A stretch of DNA of 46,255 nt from Actinomycetota bacterium (GTDB taxonomy: Bacteria; Actinomycetota; Thermoleophilia; Solirubrobacterales; 70-9): NCBI GenBank assembly GCA_046733315.1, contig JBKPOV010000055.1, forward strand, positions 1 to 46,255, in the 5' to 3' direction. The position numbers and the translations under genes are program-made. This document shows, in pieces, positions 42,632 through 46,255 of this stretch. Each line of letters starts with the position of its first letter. Position 1 is the first letter of the stretch. Below the pieces are notes generated by a model that made no database searches, was not told where the DNA came from, and worked only from the letters and a program-made list of their open reading frames with translations.

Positions 42632-43708
42632 GTGCAAGACCTCAAAGGCCTGATCCTCTCCGGCGGGGCCGGGACGCGGCTGCGCCCAATTACGCACACC
42701 TCGGCAAAGCAACTGGTCCCAGTTGCCAACAAGCCCGTGCTCTTCTACGGCATCGAGGCGCTGGTCGATGCCGGTGTGACCGAGATCGGCATCATCATCG
42801 CGCCGGAGACCGGCGACGAGATCCGCGCGGCAGCCGGCGACGGCTCCGCCTTCGGCGCCGAGATCACCTACATCGTCCAGGACAAGCCCGCCGGGCTCGC
42901 CCACGCCGTGCTCACCGCGGAGGAGTACATCGGCGGCTCGCCCTTCGTCATGTACCTCGGCGACAATCTGCTCGCCGACGGCCTGCGCGGCCTGGTCTCG
43001 ACCTTCCGCGCCGAGGAACCCGACGCCCTGATCCTGCTCACCCCTGTCGACGATCCCCAGTCCTACGGCGTCGCCGAGCTGGACGGAGAGCGGATCGTGC
43101 GGTTGATCGAGAAGCCCAAAGACCCGCCGTCGAACCTCGCCTTGGTCGGGGTCTACCTCTTCGCGCCGCCGATCTTCGACGCCGCCCGCGCCCTCGAGCC
43201 CTCCTGGCGGGGCGAGCTCGAGATCACCGAGGCGATCCAGAGCCTGATCGAGCAGGGCAAGGCCGTCAGGTCGGTGGTCGTCAGCGGCTGGTGGAAGGAC
43301 ACCGGCCAGCTCGCCGACATGCTCGAGGCCAACCGTTTGGTCCTCGAGGAGATCGAGACCAGGGTCGACGGCGAGGTCGACGACTCCTCGCGGATCGAGG
43401 GCCGCGTCGTCGTCGAGTCCGGCGCCGTGCTGAAGGGCTCGGTCGTGCGCGGCCCGGCCGTGATCGGCGCCGGCGCCCGCATCGAGGACGCCTACGTCGG
43501 CCCCTATACCTCGATCGGCGAGGACGTCTGCGTGCGCCGCTCCGAAGTCGAGCACTCGATCATCCTCGCCGGCTCGGTCGTGGAGGACCTCGGCACGCGC
43601 ATGGAGGCGAGCCTGCTCGGTCGTGAAGTCAAGCTGACCCGCAGCGACGGCATGCCGAAGACGCTGCGGATGTTGGTCGGCGACAAGTCGGAGATCAAGA
43701 TCATCTGA
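42632..43708 (+). CDS. rmlA: Glucose-1-phosphate thymidylyltransferase, long form with a C-terminal left-handed beta-helix
   Basis: 'GLILSGGAGTRLRPITHTSAKQLVPVANKPVLFY' is present. The C-terminal hexapeptide-like repeats bring the length to 358 aa. GTG start. Confidence 0.9.
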   Translation: MQDLKGLILSGGAGTRLRPITHTSAKQLVPVANKPVLFYGIEALVDAGVTEIGIIIAPETGDEIRAAAGDGSAFGAEITYIVQDKPAGLAHAVLTAEEYIGGSPFVMYLGDNLLADGLRGLVSTFRAEEPDALILLTPVDDPQSYGVAELDGERIVRLIEKPKDPPSNLALVGVYLFAPPIFDAARALEPSWRGELEITEAIQSLIEQGKAVRSVVVSGWWKDTGQLADMLEANRLVLEEIETRVDGEVDDSSRIEGRVVVESGAVLKGSVVRGPAVIGAGARIEDAYVGPYTSIGEDVCVRRSEVEHSIILAGSVVEDLGTRMEASLLGREVKLTRSDGMPKTLRMLVGDKSEIKII

Positions 43709-43718
43709 TGGCCCCGCG

Positions 43719-44573
43719 ATGAAGGTCCTCGTCACGGGTGCCGGAGGCATGCTCGGCCGCGACGTCGTGCTCGCCGCCGGCAACGCCGGTCACGACGTCG
43801 TCGGCTTCGGCCACACCGAGCTCGACGTCTCAGATGCTGGCGTCGTCGCGGCCAAGTTCGAGTTGGAGCGGCCCGACGTGGTGATCAACTGCGCCGCCTG
43901 GACCGACGTCGACGGCGCCGAGGAGGCCGAGGAGTCGGCGACCGCCGTCAACGGCAGGGCGGCCGGCGACGTCGCTGCCGCTGCCGCTGCGGCAGGAGCC
44001 AGCGTCGTCTACGTCTCCAGCGACTACGTCTTCGACGGCGCCAAGGGCGCCCCCTACGTCGAGACCGACCAGACCGCGCCGCTCTCGGCCTACGGCCGCA
44101 GCAAGCTCGCCGGCGAGGAAGCCACCGCAACCGCCAACAAGCGCCACTTCGTCGTCCGCTCCTCCTGGCTCTTCGGCATCGGCGGTTCCAACTTCGTCGA
44201 GACGATGCTGCGGCTGGCCGCGACCCAGAACGAGGTTCTGGTCGTCCGCGACCAGGTCGGCTCGCCGACCTACACCTGGCACCTCGCCTACGGCATCGTC
44301 CGCCTGATCGAGGGGATCGAGTTCGGCATCCACCACATGGCCGCCGGCGAAGCCTGTTCCTGGTACGACTTCGCCCGCGAGATCTTCGATCAGGCGAAAG
44401 TCGAGTGCCTGGTCCTCTCCGCCACCACCGACATGCTCGGACGCCCCGCACCCCGACCCCCCTTCTCGGTGCTGGAGAGCCAGCGTGAGCACGCGATCAC
44501 GCTGCCGCCCTGGCGCGATGGGCTTGCCGCATACCTCTCCCAGCGCGCCGCCGAGCACGAGGCGGCCGCATGA
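43719..44573 (+). CDS. rmlD: dTDP-4-dehydrorhamnose reductase
   Basis: 'MKVLVTGAGGMLG', 'VINCAAWTDVDGAE', 'SSDYVFDG' and 'YGRSKLAGE' are present. Confidence 0.9.
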   Translation: MKVLVTGAGGMLGRDVVLAAGNAGHDVVGFGHTELDVSDAGVVAAKFELERPDVVINCAAWTDVDGAEEAEESATAVNGRAAGDVAAAAAAAGASVVYVSSDYVFDGAKGAPYVETDQTAPLSAYGRSKLAGEEATATANKRHFVVRSSWLFGIGGSNFVETMLRLAATQNEVLVVRDQVGSPTYTWHLAYGIVRLIEGIEFGIHHMAAGEACSWYDFAREIFDQAKVECLVLSATTDMLGRPAPRPPFSVLESQREHAITLPPWRDGLAAYLSQRAAEHEAAA

Positions 44574-45553
44574 AGCTGCTCGTCACCGGCGCCGCCGGCT
44601 TCATCGGTTCCACCTACGTGCGCCTGGTCTCCGCCGAGCACGAGGTGCGCGTGCTCGACAAGCTCACCTACGCGGGGCGGCGCGAGAACCTGCCGGAGGG
44701 GACCGACCTAGTCGTCGGTGCGATCGAGGACCCGGAGATCGTGCGCGAGGCGATGGAGGGCTGCGACGCGGTGGTCAACTTCGCCGCCGAGTCCCACGTC
44801 GACCGCTCGATCGACGACCAAGACGCCTTCGCACGCACCCACGTGATCGGCACCGGGACGCTGCTCGATACCGCCCGCGAGCTCGGCGTCGGCCGCTACC
44901 TGCAGGTCTCCACCGACGAGGTTTACGGCTCGATCGAGTCGGGCTCCTTCACCGAGACCTCGCCGCTCGACCCCTCCTCGCCGTACTCGGCGACCAAGGC
45001 GGCTGGGGACCTGCTGGTCACCGCCCACGTCCATACCTACGGCGTTGATGCCTCGATCGTGCGCGGCTCCAACAACTATGGCCCCCGCCAGTACCCCGAG
45101 AAGCTGATCCCGCTGATTACGCTCAATGCCCTGCACGGCGACTCGCTGCCGGTCTACGGCGACGGCAAGCAGGTCCGCAACTGGCTTTTCGTCGAGGACT
45201 TCTGCCGCGGCATCCACACGGTGCTGATGAAGGGCCGGGCCGGCGAGGCCTACAACGTCGGCGGCCCCGACGAGTGCGAGAACATCGAGGTGATCAAGCG
45301 GGTGATCGAGCTGACCGGCAAAGACGAGTCGCTGATCGAGTACATCGCCGATCGCCCCGGACACGACCGTCGCTACTCGCTCTCATCCGCCAAGCTGAAG
45401 GAGCAGCTGGGCTGGGAGGCTCAGGTCCACTTCGCCGAGGGGCTGGAGAAGACCGTGGCCTGGTACCGCGAGAACGAGGACTGGTGGGGACCGATCCGCT
45501 CCGGTGAGTACCGCGAGTACTACGAAAAGCAGTACGGCAAGGCCCTGGGCTGA
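44570..45553 (+). CDS. rmlB: dTDP-glucose 4,6-dehydratase
   Basis: 'LLVTGAAGFIGS', 'VNFAAESHVDRSI', 'STDEVYG' and 'SPYSATKAAGD' are present. Confidence 0.95.
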   Translation: MKLLVTGAAGFIGSTYVRLVSAEHEVRVLDKLTYAGRRENLPEGTDLVVGAIEDPEIVREAMEGCDAVVNFAAESHVDRSIDDQDAFARTHVIGTGTLLDTARELGVGRYLQVSTDEVYGSIESGSFTETSPLDPSSPYSATKAAGDLLVTAHVHTYGVDASIVRGSNNYGPRQYPEKLIPLITLNALHGDSLPVYGDGKQVRNWLFVEDFCRGIHTVLMKGRAGEAYNVGGPDECENIEVIKRVIELTGKDESLIEYIADRPGHDRRYSLSSAKLKEQLGWEAQVHFAEGLEKTVAWYRENEDWWGPIRSGEYREYYEKQYGKALG

Positions 45554-46101
45554 TGCTCGAGCGCCTGCCGACCAAGCTCGACGGCGTCGTCCTGCTCGAG
45601 CCAGCCGTCCACGGTGACGCCCGCGGCTTCATGGTCGAGACCTACCGCCGTGATCTCTGGGCCGAGCACGGCGTCGAGGTCGAGTTCGTCCAGCACAACC
45701 ACTCGCGCTCCTCCAAGGGCACCCTGCGTGGTCTTCACTTCCAGACCGAGCCCGGCCAGGCGAAGCTGGTCCGCTGCCCGCGCGGGAAGATCTTCGACGT
45801 TGCCGTCGACCTGCGCCGCACCTCGGCCACCTACGGCCAGTGGGAGGGCCACGTCCTCGACGACGAGACCCACCGCCAGCTCTTCATTCCAGTTGGCTTC
45901 GGCCACGGCTTCGCCGTGCTCAGCGAGACCGCCGACGTCACCTACCTCTGCTCCAGCACCTATGACCCGGCCACGGAGTCCGGCATCGCCTGGGACGACC
46001 CGGGCGTTGGCGTCGAGTGGCCCGTCGAGGACCCGCTGCTCTCCGAACGCGACAAGATCGCGCCCACGCTCGCCGAGGTCGGCGAGACCCTGCCGTTCTA
46101 G
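45553..46101 (+). CDS. rmlC: dTDP-4-dehydrorhamnose 3,5-epimerase
   Basis: 'DARGFMVETY', 'QHNHSRSSKGTLRGLHFQ', 'KLVRCPRGKIFDVAVDLR' and 'GFGHGF' are present. It has a TGATG overlap with rmlB. Confidence 0.95.
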   Translation: MLERLPTKLDGVVLLEPAVHGDARGFMVETYRRDLWAEHGVEVEFVQHNHSRSSKGTLRGLHFQTEPGQAKLVRCPRGKIFDVAVDLRRTSATYGQWEGHVLDDETHRQLFIPVGFGHGFAVLSETADVTYLCSSTYDPATESGIAWDDPGVGVEWPVEDPLLSERDKIAPTLAEVGETLPF

Positions 46102-46108
46102 TAGGCGT

Positions 46109-46255
46109 TGGCGAAACCCGCGTGTGCGGACTGGCGAGCGCCGGACCAAGCGGGACAAGGACGCAGGGAGGCCGAATAGCAGCGCTATTTGGCCGACTGA
46201 GGACGCCGTACCGCGCAGTGTCCGCCGCCGCCAGACGTGCGTGCGGGTTTCGCCA
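46109..46255. repeat. 147-nt element with 13-bp terminal inverted repeats and a central 11-bp hairpin, downstream of rmlC, ending at the window edge
   Basis: 'tggcgaaacccgc' (46109-46121) pairs with 'gcgggtttcgcca' (46243-46255). The central stem is 'ggccgaatagc'-agc-'gctatttggcc' (46170-46194, one G-U pair). Confidence 0.5.

Noticed and set aside
1-46255. CRISPR arrays, tRNA/rRNA genes, transposases, integrases and prophage genes.
   Set aside because: I found no regularly spaced direct repeats, no cloverleaf-like sequences in the intergenic gaps, and no ORF with DDE, tyrosine- or serine-recombinase motifs or phage structural motifs.
8942-46255. The idea that the long inverted-repeat elements (8942, 15267, 16162, 46109) are copies of one repeat family.
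   Set aside because: Their arm sequences share no meaningful similarity beyond a short 'ttccgg' between two of them. Only the architecture is similar, so I report them separately.

Overview
The window is very GC-rich and Actinomycetota-like. That assignment is an inference from composition and gene content (F420/PPOX-class protein, fused PafBC-like WYL regulator, mycothiol-era ArsR/ArsC types). I support 44 protein-coding genes. I found no rRNA, tRNA, CRISPR array, transposase or integrase. Left part (1-21.5 kb): the 3' part of a giant WD40/beta-propeller protein; SRPBCC, SDR and cupredoxin genes; an arsR-arsC pair; a tightly coupled HTH plus minimal-nucleotidyltransferase pair running into two crcB fluoride-channel genes and an OB-fold/HD (YhaM-like) nuclease; two tandem large polytopic membrane proteins; a fused PafB-PafC-like double-WYL regulator; an MBL hydrolase; a secreted penicillin-acylase-family Ntn hydrolase; a DUF1906-like secreted protein; DJ-1/PfpI; and a Phd/YefM-VapC toxin-antitoxin pair. 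Right part (21.7-46.1 kb) is one large Wzx/Wzy-type glycan biosynthesis locus. It has gmd/fcl (GDP-fucose), rmlABCD (dTDP-rhamnose), two tyvelose-epimerase-like SDRs, three methyltransferases, six glycosyltransferases, a flippase and a secreted clan GH-A hydrolase. It also has two Wzy-like polymerases, one carrying a large C-terminal repeat domain. The most unusual gene is a secreted RTX-repeat / cadherin-like / arylsulfotransferase (ASST) fusion that heads its own sub-operon. Several intergenic regions carry unusually long perfect inverted repeats (22-25 bp arms, 100-150 nt elements). The many long alternate-frame and antisense ORFs in the track are GC-driven shadow ORFs. All functional calls come from motif recognition by eye; no database search was run.
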